A DNA stretch of 62,933 bases, counting the filler, from Octopus bimaculoides (taxonomy: Eukaryota), in the NCBI RefSeq assembly GCF_001194135.2. It is 4 parts of 3 records of this genome, joined end to end, with 100 filler letters (N's around TTAATTAATTAA, not from the genome) between each part and the next. Parts side by side here need not be neighbours in the genome. Positions count along the whole stretch, not along the records: positions 23,593 to 40,472 come from NC_068984.1; 3 more parts are not named here. The stretch is one strand, 5' to 3'. The translations under genes were made by a program, and so were the position numbers. Below, piece by piece: positions 23,827 through 37,030 of this stretch (positions within the stretch are counted from its first letter, which is position 1; each line of letters starts with the position of its first letter). The notes under the pieces are model-generated. The model saw only the letters and a program-made list of their open reading frames with translations, ran no database searches and was not told where the DNA came from.

Positions 23827-24018
23827 TGTGGGAGTGGTATGACAGTAGTAGGATGTTAAATGGTCAAGTGCCCTAAAAGTGGCTTGTTGTGGATGGTAGT
23901 AGTGATTGAATTCTTGAGACATCTCTTTTGAATGTATTGTTTATAATATTTGCGTAGATGTTATTCTGAACAGCAATAGTAGTAAAGTCAGGAAGGAGGT
24001 GGCGGAGAGGAAGAAGAC

Positions 24019-24049
<31 letters not shown>

Positions 24050-24059
24050 TGTATGTGTT

Positions 24060-24262
24060 TTTGTTTCCGTGCCATCGCTTGAAAACCGATGCTGCTATGT
24101 TTATGTCCCAGTAACTAGCGGTTCGGCAAAAGAACCCGATAGAATAAGCACTAAGCTTACAAAGAATAAGTCCTGGTGTTGATTTCTTCGACTAACACTC
24201 TTCCAGGCAGTGCTGCAGCATGGCTGCAATCAAATGGCTGAAACAAGTAAAAGAATAAAAGA
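24060..24262 (+). mobile_element. SINE 3' half (gcggttcggcaaaag...gaaacaagtaaaag)
   Basis: Homologous to 3070-3274 and 60850-61010. Confidence 0.7.
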
Positions 24263-25346
24263 ATGCACGTATATATGATAAATGAAAGACGGAAGATGGA
24301 ATATACGAGAATCTTTATTAATTACGACAATCGTTTCGACACATCTAGTATCGATCCCTCACGGCTGGGACACCTAACAGCTCGTCCAGGCGCATCTAGC
24401 GGTGCAGATATATATGTATATGCATATGTATATGCGCGTGTGTGTGCCTGTTTGTGTGTGTGCTTGTGCGTGTGTGTGTGAGTGTGTGTGAGTTTGTATG
24501 TGTCTATGTATGTATGTGTGTGTATGTGTGTGTGGTGGGAAGAGAGTAACAGGGGCAGAAACAAAACCACTCAAGTCTTTTTACAGTTAACATTTAAACA
24601 TGTTAGCAAGATACATCAATGATTCTTATGCCGCTTATAAGGTCAAACGCAGCTTAATTCTTTTAAAATACTGCATTGGCAATTAGAAAGAGAAGGATGT
24701 TTCTGGAAATTCCGATTTCTAAATACAAATCATTAAAATTAATGTTTTATTCTTTTACTTGTTTCAGTCATTTGACTGGCCATGCTGGAGCACCACCTTA
24801 ATATTCTATGTCTAAAACATTGTTGGGATAGGATTTTAAATGTATATTACAGAAAACAAACGCATAAATTCAAAGAGATAGATGGAAAAATTAAAAGCAG
24901 ATGCCCATTTTAGCCATCTGTTCGTCACTGAACATCTGTTTGAAGTCGATCCATAGCGCATTCTCATTTTCAAATCTCTTACAAATAGAACAAGGAAGGG
25001 CTCCTCAGTCTTTTCAAAGCTTGCATAGTTCGTAATATCAATTCACACAATCTGTTTGCCAACTAGCTATACCAAGGGTGTACTTTAAATGTATGAAATG
25101 AGCCTTCTGAATCATCAACATACCTACCGCTTCGATGTAAGAAGAAAATACTCCCTTTAGTAATATCACACTGTTATTCATGTAGTGGGATAGTTTGTTG
25201 CATTGCAATGTACGACCACAAGAGATATGATTTTTATTGCTGATTTTTAATTTATTGAATTCCAGCGTTTATCAACCTACGCATTTAAAATAAGTGTATC
25301 GTGTAAGGTTCTGGTTTCATACACATATTCGTGTGTGTGTGTGAGC

Positions 25347-25389
<43 letters not shown>

Positions 25390-27584
25390 TATATATATAT
25401 ATATATGTATGTATGTATATATTTATATATATAAATATGTATATACATACCTATACACACACATACACACACGCACACACATATATATATATATATATAA
25501 ATATATAATCTTCAGATATATGGATACATATATGTAGAGAGAGAGAGGGGTGGAGAGATAGAAAGAGAGAGAGAAAGAGAGAAAGAGAGCGAGAGAGAAC
25601 AAAATGACAAATAATGCATAAAAAAAAAAATAACTGCAGGACGGGATAAGTTCATTATCAAAATTATTTTTTCTTTGGAATATCGGTGTAGAATGGAAAG
25701 AGAGAGTGGGAAAAAGAGGGGAAAATTACTTAATAATGATAAATAAAACCAGTAACTGAGGCGAGAAATGCCCGCTTGCATATGTTTGTTAATCGTTAAT
25801 CTGTTAACAAAGACTACAACTAGAATTGGAACGGCTTGAATTTTCAGCTTCAGCATTTACAATATTTTTCTTTTTCATTTTTTTTAAAGAGTATTACTCG
25901 AAAAGATTAATCTGAATGCATAGAAGTAAATATCTAATAATTGGCATTTACTTGTTTCTCTGTGTTCGACAAAAATATGTGATGTACTATCAAAAACAAA
26001 AAATGGTTTTTGGCAAAAAGAAGATATGGGCCATTTTCACCGTCACATATTATTCATAATATCCAGTGTAGTATTTGTTCAAATATTGGTTTTTGACTAA
26101 AAGCTGATTATCAGACAAAATGTCACCATAATAGCTGGATGTTATAGACGACATTTTGAAAAACTGCAATGCCTGTTTTTTTTGCTTTTTTTTTTTGTTA
26201 AATGCTCTCAGTTAAAATAGGGTTTCCATCTCATTTTTGAAAACAAAGTTTATCTCATTATATCAAGGTATTACAAGGGGCCGATTTTGATTCGTGACTA
26301 AAGTGTAATAAGAATGTCCTCAAGCGCCACATTCTGAGTGGAGTTTCCTCGTAAACGAGAAACATTGGACTAAGGTATATCGCCTCAGTGATCTGCGGCT
26401 CTTGTTCAGTGGTCAGAATAAATGGCTATTTATCAGAACTAATTCTAATCACACTCAGTCTGTCAAAAGTGTCCTCACCTGTTGTTCCTGAGGGAAGGTT
26501 GTGTCGGCACACGTGGACGACAATACAACAAAGTTGATGTCTTTAGCAGTGTTGGAGAATATGGGAGATTTATAAGCGTTGAGATTACGAAAACAACATT
26601 TGGTCGGGAGAAGAGCATGTACTTTCAGGCACTTATAACCCCTCTCGAAAACCGAGCCATTACAGAGCCCTGCTTTGTTATGGGCTCAGAAACTAAACGA
26701 TGAGACTGATGGCACAGGTGAAAAGGCCCAGCTGATATGCTTTCGGCAGCAAAAGCTACTTGAAGGCTCTCTGTTATGAGGAGTAACAAAAAAATAGAAA
26801 GTATAACAAGATGGTGACGGAAAATTGTCCCTAAGTGCTTGAAAAGAAGCTAAATTGAAAAAGGAAAAGAAAAAACTGCTAACGCGAAGCACAACAGAAA
26901 CTAGCACCAAAGGTAAGAAAGAGTTCTCCCACAAATTCCTCAGGACAACAATAATGACAATGGCAGGATATTCGAAGATTTAAATTTTACTATCTCCCGA
27001 AAGCCAAAGCAGAGTTTGATAGACAAAATAACATATTCGTGAGGTGGTCAGTGTCTCCTGGGTGTGTTCGTCACCAAGGAACTAATAGAGCTGGAATATA
27101 AGAGCTAAATGACGGAATATCAACTAAAAACATGAAATTTTTTAATAATCAATTGAAACAAGAGCACCCCGAGGACCTGTGTTGTTTCCTATCCCAACCA
27201 CCACAAAAAAGTGTTAACAGGCATCTTTTTCAGTAAGGTGGTTGTACGATCGTCGACTGTTCGGCAGATGTGCAGGGTGGTTCTAACTCGACTTAGCCAG
27301 AGGCTCCTCATCTGCCTGAGGACAGATTTTAAAAGTGGTTTTCTGTTTCATTTTCTATTTAAACTAGATACTTTGATTATTGCATGTGTTTATATGATCT
27401 TTTTTTCAATTCAATTAGATGCATGTTAGACAAAATTTTAACTTTTCCCCATTTTAAAAAATATAACGTCTTTCGTCTAACCCTTCCATTTTATGCAGCT
27501 AGTTTGTCCTAATCTACACATTTTGGTAAAGCCCCGTGGTTTTCATTGTATTGAGACTCTAATAGCTAATAAACTATTGTTATT

Positions 27585-27780
27585 ATGGCGGAATCGTCAG
27601 TGTGCTGGATAAAATACTTAGCGGTATTTCTTCCGGCTCTTTATAAACTCCGCCAAGGACGAAATCACCTTTCATCCTTTCGGAATCAATAAATTAAATA
27701 CCAGTCAAGTACTGGGTGTGATGTAATTGACTTGCCCATTCTCCTAAATTTACTCGCATTGTGCCAAGATTCGAAACCGT
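27585..27780 (+). mobile_element. tRNA-SINE (gtcgactttgcctttcatcc family), diverged
   Basis: Aligns with 41105-41340. Confidence 0.6.
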
Positions 27781-30066
27781 TACTATTATTATTATTGTTG
27801 TTCTTTTCTCTAATATTACTCCTAATAAAATATCAAGAAGTATAATTTTACATTCAAATATGTTCAATATGAAATTCTGAAACTGACTAACGAGTGTCTT
27901 CATATTAAATATAAGAATTATTAATGAACCGAATTAAAGACAGCTTTAGGCAAGACATTGACCGTTAGATGGTGACAGGAAGTATCCGATAAAATTCTTT
28001 ACGAAGCAAATATTAGTGTGCTGGAAGCTGGGAAATAGATTACGTCCGCGCTGAAGTTAAAGAATGTTAATACAGCGGCAGTAATTTTTCTTGAATAAGT
28101 CTGCTGCTTTATGTTAGATGGTCATATAAGAAACTGTCTTCTAATGTTTGAAACGTAATACAGTTTGTTTCTTATAACCCACAACAATAACATCAATAGC
28201 AGTGAGCCAACAAAAATGCCTTTGTAGGGTCACTATACTGCTAGAAATACTAGCCAAGTCTCCGTCAAATCAAACCCTGATGTTTCATGAAAATTATATA
28301 TTGAATAATCGGACTACTTATAAAAAAAGGCAGGATGGGAATAACTGTAATGTTTTTCATCATAAGTTTGGTTGATCAGAGCTAACTTAGAGGTACAAAA
28401 ACAGCAGTAGTTGCAACAAAAACAGTAGTAGCTGCAACTAAAACAGCAAAGACTAAAAAGGAGTTCCTGGAAAAACAAATGTTGCTATTACTTGAATAAG
28501 TGCAGATAACAGAAAACGTCAACAACATAGTTTTACTCTATGTAAACTATAAAATTAAGGTCATTTGACAAAGGCGCCATGTTTACGTTTTGCATGATCT
28601 ATCCTCAAGAATCAGAGCTACCCAACAATAATAAAACTTCTTGAATGGAATTCAGCATGCTAAATTTGTTATTATTTTTACCCTATTTGGTCTTATAACG
28701 GCTTGTAGAGAAAATGCTGCTCTTACTTTGCTTATCCTTATCGGGACCTTACCATGTTAACTCCCTGCAGCATTTACTAAACATGGCAGTAAGAATTCAT
28801 GTTGACTATCTAACATAGTTTAAATCTTGAGTTAGTTTCGATGCGTGCATTTTGTCCTAGGGATGTTGATAATAAAAAAATATGTCTGTTGAATATAATT
28901 CCAAGTCAGTCAGTTTCTTTTATTAGAGTTGTAAGAGCCAACACGTCCATACATTTTGTTAGAGTTCAATGGATTTGATTTGCTAATGTGGATAATATAC
29001 GATGTTAGAAATTAGCATTTTCTACCTTCTATTTCAGCCTTAATCATTGCGAGCACCTGTTGGTAAGGAGCTTAGCTTATATGGTCAAGCATATATATAT
29101 ATATATGTGTTCTGTATTTTATCATCTGACAAATACCATAATTCACATAATTCACACATTCACAGGTAATGAATATTGATGAAAATAGTATTCTATGCTA
29201 TGTAAAATAGTATTCTAACTCATATTTTGAAAAGAAAATAGATATATGCTATAGCATGTAGAAAATAGGCCCAGCTAGATTTTTAGTTAACAAAACACCC
29301 CCACCTCACCATTACAAATGCTAAAGAAATGTCATGAAACCAACAAGATATTACGTAATTAAACTCACACAAAAAAGAATATTTATGTCAGTAGCCCAAA
29401 ATATCTGGCAACAAATAAAACATAATCAATTAATTAGAAATATTGGAATTCAATTACCACTAGTTTGTGTTATACTGTAAATTATAGATAAGTAAGATTG
29501 CATATAACGATATATAGTTAGATTTTTATTTCATGAATAACGAATCATAAAATCGACTTTAAAATAACCAGAAGAGTTTTCCAGCTTAATGGATTTTAAT
29601 GCTGTTGCATTTAAAATGATTTAATATCATTTTTGATTGTGCTGATTGTGCTGAAAGGACGATTAAGTCGCATTATATATANNNNNNNNNNNNNNNNNNN
29701 NNNNNNNNNNNNNNNNNNNNNNNNNNNNNNNNNNNNNNNNNNNNNNNNNNNNNNNNNNNNNNNNNNNNNNNNNNNNNNNNNNNNNNNNNNNNNNNNNNNN
29801 NNNNNNNNNNNNNNNNNNNNNNNNNNNNNNNNNNNNNNNNNNNNNNNNNNNNNNNNNNNNNNNNNNNNNNNNNNNNNNNNNNNNNNNNNNNNNNNNNNNN
29901 NNNNNNNNNNNNNNNNNNNNNNNNNNNNNNNNNNNNNNNNNNNNNNNNNNNNNNNNNNNNNNNNNNNNNNNNNNNNNNNNNNNNNNNNNNNNNNNNNNNN
30001 NNNNNNNNNNNNNNNNNNNNNNNNNNNNNNNNNNNATATATATATATATATATATATACATATATG

Positions 30067-31056
30067 TACAGCTTGTCCCAAAATTGTAAAGTGAGCCACA
30101 TTGAGCTTCGAAAAAGGAAATTTGTCCTAATATGCAACTGGAAGTTTGAAAACGCAGTCGAAGTGCAAAGACAGTCTGGGAGGGAGTTTCAATTAGACCC
30201 ATCTACTCGACTCACCATCACTCGAATTAGAGACAAGTTTGAAGCCGATGGAATCGTTTAGAATCTCCAGAAGAAACGTTCCAAAAGACTATGGACAATG
30301 ATGACTCCAACAAAGCAAGAAAGAATACTAGAAATGTATTGAGATAGTTCAAGAAAATCGGGGCTGCAAGTGAGTCGTAGGATAGGAGTCGTGTCATAGG
30401 AAGATTCCATCGTATCTTGAAGTGCTATCATTAGAAAAGTTATGTTCCAAGAATAGTCCGTGCTCTGAAATGAAGATGATACGAACCGATGAGTGGAATT
30501 TTCGGAGTGGTGCTTCGCTAGATTTGTTGAAGATGGACATTTTCCAACAAAGTTTTGTTTGAGTTGCAAGGCTAAATTATATGACTGAGTTACCAGCCAC
30601 GATTGGACCTGGTGGAGAACTGAGAAGCCGTTAATTGCCGAGGAACATCATGTTGATTTAGCAGGAGTTACAGTATGGTGCGGCTTATCGTCACAAGGTG
30701 TTGTTAGACTATTCTTTATTTACGCTATTGTGACTGGTCTCATTTATTTGGAAGATGTGCAGTTTTATTCCAGTAAGATAGTGCAACCACATACTACCAT
30801 GTCTTGATGAGATTTTGCCCAAACAGGTAGACTAGACGAAGAGACTTGGTTGAAAACTTACCGGACCTCACAGTATTAGATGTTTTTATGGGGATACTGA
30901 AAAGATAAAGTTTACGGTAGACAACCGGCAACCGTCGATTAGTTGAGGTGAGCATGAAAAGATAATGTGCATAAATACCCGTACAAAATGCTTCTTGATG
31001 TTTGTGATTCAATTGTTTCGCTTTATCAATAGTTTCCAGATCGGAACGGTCATCAG
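30067..31056 (+). mobile_element. Decayed Tc1/mariner DNA transposon (DUF4817-like HTH N-terminus plus DDD/E transposase remnants)
   Basis: TA then cagcttgtcccaaaatt left end; RKFVL..WKFENAVEVQRQ..TRLTITRIRDKFEADG; AGVTVWCGLSSQG; PDLTVLD-F-LWGY*KDKVY; many stops and frameshifts; no right TIR found. Confidence 0.8.
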
Positions 31057-31100
31057 TTGACACTGTCCGTTATCGGAGCTCCGATAACGGACAGAGTCAA
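31057..31100. repeat. 44-bp near-perfect palindrome
   Basis: ttgacactgtccgttatcggag|ctccgataacggacagagtcaa; 21 of 22 pairs match, no loop. Confidence 0.95.
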
Positions 31101-32249
31101 TAATTATTGAAGAGGTTGCAAGAAGCAGCGAAAATTTTAGAAAAGATAAATAAGTAAATGAGTGTAAATCGAACCGGTGAGTGTGTTGATTAATAAGGCA
31201 TTAAAACAGAACGTCTCTCCTCAGACACAATAGATATACTTCACCACATGAATTCACATAAAGAATTTTGTAAACCAAATACAAAAACGGATTATATATA
31301 NNNNNNNNNNNNNNNNNNNNNNNNNNNNNNNNNNNNNNNNNNNNNNNNNNNNNNNNNNNATATATATATATATGTATGTATGTATGTATGTACGCATATT
31401 GCAGATTTGCATGTTTTGCTTTATGTATACTCATGCATATAGTTGCATATCTAGACATGCTCATATATATCTAAATGATAAACTTCTACAAAGTTTTACG
31501 GATTTTTACAGTTCCAGTGATGGATATGTATGGTTGTATGTATGTATGTATATATATGTGCGTGTATGCATGTGCATATATACATGCATGCATAAGACAT
31601 ACATACATACATACATACATACATACATACATACATAAGCGTTTGTTAAACTAGATTCATTTATTGTCAGACACAAAGTATATCTCTTCATAAAACCACA
31701 AAACTTCACTTATCAGGCTCTTCTTGTGTTAGACGTTTTAACATGCATGTCTTCTCTTTACCGGAAGAAAGCATGAAACTCTCAATCAGGTACCAATTTT
31801 CACCGGATACAGTATAAGGAAGAAATTAAGATTTGTTGGAATTTCTACTTAAAATATTATGTTCGACTCATCCCTATTCTTAAATATTTTGCCAACGCCT
31901 TACCATGTGGGTTACTGCCTTGTCTTAAAATGCCATATTTCTTCTTGAATATAAAAAAGAAAAGAAATAAAACAATCGCTGGAATATGATTTGTTGTCTG
32001 AAAAATGACGTAAGAAACAATTTTGAACTGTTATACACAGCATGCATGAGAACTGTTTAAGGGTATTAGATAAGACTCTGAAATATGACTTAGTGAAAAT
32101 TTACAGAATGTCGACGGAAGTAACTTCGAGCCACCCCTATTGAAAATCTTATGATCATTATCATTTCCGGTTGCACCTTTCCGTATCCTCGCTTCTTCAT
32201 TTCATATATTCCCACTCATTTACAAAAGAATTGCAAAACAAAATGTTTC

Positions 32250-32285
32250 TATATAAACGGGGCCTCCATCACTTAAATGTCATTA
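32250..32285 (+). promoter_or_regulatory. TATA box (TATATAAA, 32250-32257) and Inr-like TCATT (32280-32284) of the VWA gene
   Basis: The TATA-to-Inr A spacing is 32 nt, canonical; this predicts a 5' UTR of about 100 nt. Confidence 0.55.
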
Positions 32286-32384
32286 TCAAGCACAAGTTGG
32301 AAGCTGAAAAGACATCTGCTGCTTGTATTATTTACCAACAACGTCAAGTGTTATTCATAGCAGCTGAGAATAAGATATTTTACA

Positions 32385-32435
32385 ATGTATTACTACCAAA
32401 CAGTTTTGTACTTCTCCGTAATCTGCTTGCTGTCA
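32385..32435 (+). CDS. VWA gene exon 1, signal peptide MYYYQTVLYFSVICLLS, phase 0
   Basis: ATG, hydrophobic core, donor gtaagt; TATA box about 135 nt upstream. Confidence 0.8.
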
Positions 32436-32651
32436 GTAAGTATTATATGTCATCATCAATTGAGACGTTTACTATTCACAACTAAATATTACATTGACTG
32501 CTTTCACTCTGGCTAAATGATACTTTATAAATGCCAATTATTCTCGTTGCAATTGTTATGATATTTTAAAGACTCTTACACTCATAGAGAGTATACAATT
32601 ACTTACTAACTGAAAAAATATCACACATGCGCGAAACACATCGTCCTTCTG

Positions 32652-32708
<57 letters not shown>

Positions 32709-32795
32709 GTGTGCGCGTGTGTGTGTGCGTATGGATCACATATGTGTAATAAGTATATATTTTTGTATCTTTGTATATATACATATATATACATA

Positions 32796-32846
<51 letters not shown>

Positions 32847-33074
32847 GCATACATGTAAATATTTGTGAACGTGTGTTTCCTAAATGTATTTATTTGTACG
32901 TAACTATAATGGGAAATTTTTCCATTTTCAATTGCAGTCAGTGGTTCAGAGTTTACCAGCGAAACGTGAGTATTCAACTTTGATATAATTTCTTATAACA
33001 TTACACTTCACTGCATATTTATCATTTTTCACGATTGAAATGCATTATGCATTTACGATAACGTAAGATTATTG

Positions 33075-33106
<32 letters not shown>

Positions 33107-36100
33107 TGTATGTAGGTAGGTATGTACATATGCGTGTATGTGTATTTGTTGTTAGTCTATATCATGTTATGCGCATAGTATAATTTATTGAAGTCAAAGT
33201 TATTTTGCTTTGCAGGATGTGTCGGTAAAGCAGCGAACATCATGTTTGTACTAGATTCTTCTAGTAGTATATGGATTGTCGATTATAAAAAACAGCTGAA
33301 ATATGTGCAAAGACTTGTAGACAACTTTAACGTCGGTGTAGGTAAATCTCAAGTTAGCGTTGGAGCCATTACGTTCAGCGATAGAGCTCATCTCGAGTTT
33401 TCTCTTGATCAATACACAGACAGCATACAAGTGAAAAAAGCCGTAGCTAACATTCCTTACAGAACTGGTCAAACTAACACAGCAGAAGCATTGCAAGTTC
33501 TGAAGTCAGAACTGGAACCGAAACTACAGTCATCTTCATCTCCTTTCATTGCAATTGTTATTACTGATGGTAAATCACGTGATACAAAAGCCACAAAAGA
33601 AGAGGCCAAGTCGCTTCATAAACTTGGAGTCCACGTTTATGCTATTGGTGTTGGAAGTAATTACGATTTGAAGGAATTGAAAGCTATTGCAAGTGATCCT
33701 GTCAACAATGTATATCAAGTGACCAGTTATTCAGCATTGCAGGAAATAAATAAAGATTTTGGAGTAAAACCCTGTGAAGGTGAGAAACTATTAAAACTCA
33801 TCTAATATTTTTCAATTTGTTTTTCTCAGACAGTCGTAATATTGACTCGTAAATACGTAATGCATATTCTTTTAAAATTACCCATTTACAGAAAATACGC
33901 TCGTAAGCATTTTGTTATCAGAAAACTTCATCGTGTGGTGTTATGCTTATTTCTCTTTTTAATTTTCCAAATAATAAATTTATGCAATGTCGATAAATTA
34001 TAAAGGAATAATTAACATATGTATTTGTATTAACCAGCAAGTCGACAGATGTTTCATATTTGCTTAAATTTCTCATCCTTGTAATCGATAGGTTGTCTAA
34101 TACGTATTGCGATATTATAAAATATTAAGGTTATGATCTATTGTAATTTGTTTACGCAGTTATCTGTAAGTATTGATAATCAACTCACGAACGAAATGTA
34201 TATTTTGATTGCATTGCAGATATCACAACTCCGTCAACAACCACGAGACCAACCACAACCACGAGACCAACCACAACAACGAGACCGACCACAACCACGA
34301 GACCAACCACAACCACGAGACCAACCACAACCACGAGACCAACCACAACAACATTAAAATCAACAACTTCATTCTATTTACCCAAAATTACCATCGAAAA
34401 GGCAAAAACCATAACCGGCATGCCAATGGAAATTCCTCAGCGAGATCAAACTAGTAAGTTGCTATTACGTCTTAGTATGAATAAGAACATTTAGTCAAAC
34501 AAAATGCAACCACTTTTTGTTGAATGTGGGAATATATTTTATTTAATCGGCACAGAAAATAACTAAAAACAAAATCCATGATTTAATTATTGCAATAGTC
34601 ATATTAACGTTAAGGAATATTATATATATGAATATATGTACCCTGTCTTGAACATTTTCTGATGCATTTAGAATTTTTTTTAATCTGGAGAAGGGAGTTG
34701 CACCCCATGGCTTTTGTAGGCCTTCAAGCACGGTGAGGTTGACATATATAGTGTTTCTCTTGCAATAGTACAGGTGTAAATTGCTAGTTTTACTAAAAAC
34801 ATAAGCAAGGAGGGCATTCCAGAGGCCAACGCTATAGGGAAGAAAGACTAGCCGTAGTGGTTAATGCCTGAAGCTGGCGATATAATGTTTGGTGAAATGA
34901 AGAAGGACGAATTTATTCGAAGTATCCGTGTAAAGATGACACGAGAACAGCCAGCAAGAAGATGCAGATACCATTAAGGATGATAGATAAAACGGATGGA
35001 TAGCAGAATCGGTAGAGAATCAGAGACACACTTTGTGGCATTTTGTTATTTTTTCTTAGGTTCTGAATTCAAATCACAGACAACTCCAATTTAAATTTCA
35101 TCTTTCTGAGTTTGATAAAATAAGCTCTGCAGCCGATCTCATTTTCTATATATCTTTGAAGGTGACACTCCAGCGTGGTCACAGTTCAAAAGAACAACAG
35201 TAATAAAAGCAACAAAATATTAATGTTAGTTCGAGAATCTCTTACATACACACCTACCTACCTACCTACCTACCTACCTACCTACCTACCTACCTACCTA
35301 CATACATACATACATACATACACACATACAGACAGACATACCAAAACATACATACACATATGTGTACATACATACACACTCATATANNNNNNNNNNNNNN
35401 NNNNNNNNNNNNNNNNNNNNNNNNNNNNNNNNNNNNNNNNNNNNNNNNNNNNNNNNNNNNNNNNNNNNNNNNNNNNNNNNNNNNNNNNNNNNNNNNNNNN
35501 NNNNNNNNNNNNNNNNNNNNNNNNNNNNNNNNNNNNNNNNNNNNNNNNNNNNNNNNNNNNNNNNNNNNNNNNNNNNNNNNNNNNNNNNNNNNNNNNNNNN
35601 NNNNNNNNNNNNNNNNNNNNNNNNNNNNNNNNNNNNNNNNNNNNNNNNNNNNNNNNNNNNNNNNNNNNNNNNNNNNNNNNNNNNNNNNNNNNNNNNNNNN
35701 NNNNNNNNNNNNNNNNNNNNNNNNNNNNNNNNNNNNNNNNNNNNNNNNNNNNNNNNNNNNNNNNNNNNNNNNNNNNNNNNNNNNNNNNNNNNNNNNNNNN
35801 NNNNNNNNNNNNNNNNNNNNTATATATATATATATATATATATATGTGTATATATGTATGTATGTATGTACATGTATGTGTCTTTGCATGCCCACATGGA
35901 TAGTCGTAGATGAAATAATTGTCACCATAAGATCGTTCAATGCAGGTTGACTGAGAACAGCTAACCAACAACAACAACAAAGCATGAACATTTTTGTCTA
36001 ATACACTGTCTACATTGAGCGTCAAATATGGTTCTCAAACAATTAAGTTAAAATATGTATAAAAATTTCTCCTGCTACATATGTAAAGATTAAGGGAACA

Positions 36101-36175
36101 GTCTATTGTAAATCCCCATCGAGATGAATACAACGATGATAACTTGATAACGCGTGGAAGAAAAATGAGGGCACA

Positions 36176-36248
<73 letters not shown>

Positions 36249-37030
36249 TTACTACTCTTGTAGTGTCAACAGCAATAAAAATAATCACAATTACGACAAT
36301 AATAACTGACAAGGCAGAACATTTTTTAATTATATAAATTAATTTACACTCACACACACACACACACACGCACACACACACACACATAATTTTAATGATT
36401 TAGATTTAATTTATTTTAAAACACCCGTGGTATTTATTATATTTGTATTTTTTTTATTATTCCACAGCATCTATTGTATTTGGATATGACCTAATCTCCA
36501 TGGGAAGCTACAGAGCCAACATGATTACACAGTTTATCAATACTATGTTGCCGTACACTGGATATGGAAATTTCAGAGTTGTGTCGTTTGCCCAATGTCC
36601 GGTTACCTTCAATGTTCCTGTGACTTCATTAATCGGAAAATCCTACTTGGAAACAAGAAACAGCGTTAATATAGAAGTTCCCGGCTTAGCGAATGTTATA
36701 CGTGAGATGAGAAAAGAAAAGGAAGTAAATGATAAACCGATTACTTCGAAAAAGAACACAGCTGTTTTGTTTGTCGATCCTTCAGTAACCTCGATTACAC
36801 AAGAAGTATTAGAAGAAAGTGAAAAGCTTAAGAATGAAGGCAGTAAAGTATTCTTAGTGAATGTAGGTGGTAATATTTGGCCACAACCTCAATTACTGCA
36901 TTCAATCAGCAGCCAACCTTACAACAGATACATTTACAATGTCCCATCTTACAATCAATTGTTATACAAAGCTCACAATACGCCTTTCAAATTCAGGGCT
37001 ATGTGCAAGGGGTACCGTAGCAGTAATTAA
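32385..37030 (+). CDS. Secreted two-VWA-domain matrix protein with Thr-rich linker; complete 5-exon model, 1440 nt = 479 aa + stop
   Basis: Exons 32385-32435, 32938-32965, 33216-33779, 34220-34453 and 36468-37030 all have AG/GT boundaries, compatible phases and no internal stop. Architecture: signal peptide, VWA, Thr repeat, degenerate VWA. Confidence 0.88.
32938..32965 (+). CDS. VWA gene exon 2, 28-nt micro-exon (SVVQSLPAK+R), phase 0-1
   Basis: Acceptor ttttcaattgcag, donor gtgagt; supplies the phase shift needed between exons 1 and 3. Confidence 0.8.
33216..33779 (+). CDS. VWA gene exon 3, canonical VWA domain, 564 nt, phase 1-1
   Basis: IMFVLDSSSSI (DxSxS), GQTNTAEAL, IVITDG, VYAIGVG; Cys at both ends; acceptor tttgctttgcag, donor gtgaga. 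Confidence 0.95.
34220..34453 (+). CDS. VWA gene exon 4, mucin-like Thr-rich linker, 234 nt, phase 1-1
   Basis: DITTPSTTTRP(TTTTRP)5TTTTLKSTTSF...PQRDQT; acceptor ttgcattgcag, donor gtaagt. Confidence 0.88.
34234..34353 (+). repeat. Coding 18-bp tandem repeat (TTTTRP) x6
   Basis: Unit accacaaccacgagacca inside VWA exon 4. Confidence 0.95.
36176..36256. repeat. (CTA)n microsatellite
   Basis: Direct reading. Confidence 0.95.
36468..37030 (+). CDS. VWA gene exon 5, degenerate VWA-like domain and stop
   Basis: SIVFGYDLISMG, AVLFVDP and KVFLVNVG align with the VWA beta-strands; MIDAS is lost; acceptor ttattccacag; TAA at 37028-37030. Confidence 0.88.

Noticed and set aside
24301-24360. Minus-strand CGAAACGATTGTC, the 3' half of a hammerhead
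   Set aside because: No intact CUGANGA box upstream.
34133-34454. QPRD- and NHET-repeat ORFs
   Set aside because: Alternative frames of the Thr-repeat exon; only the Thr frame fits the splice phases.
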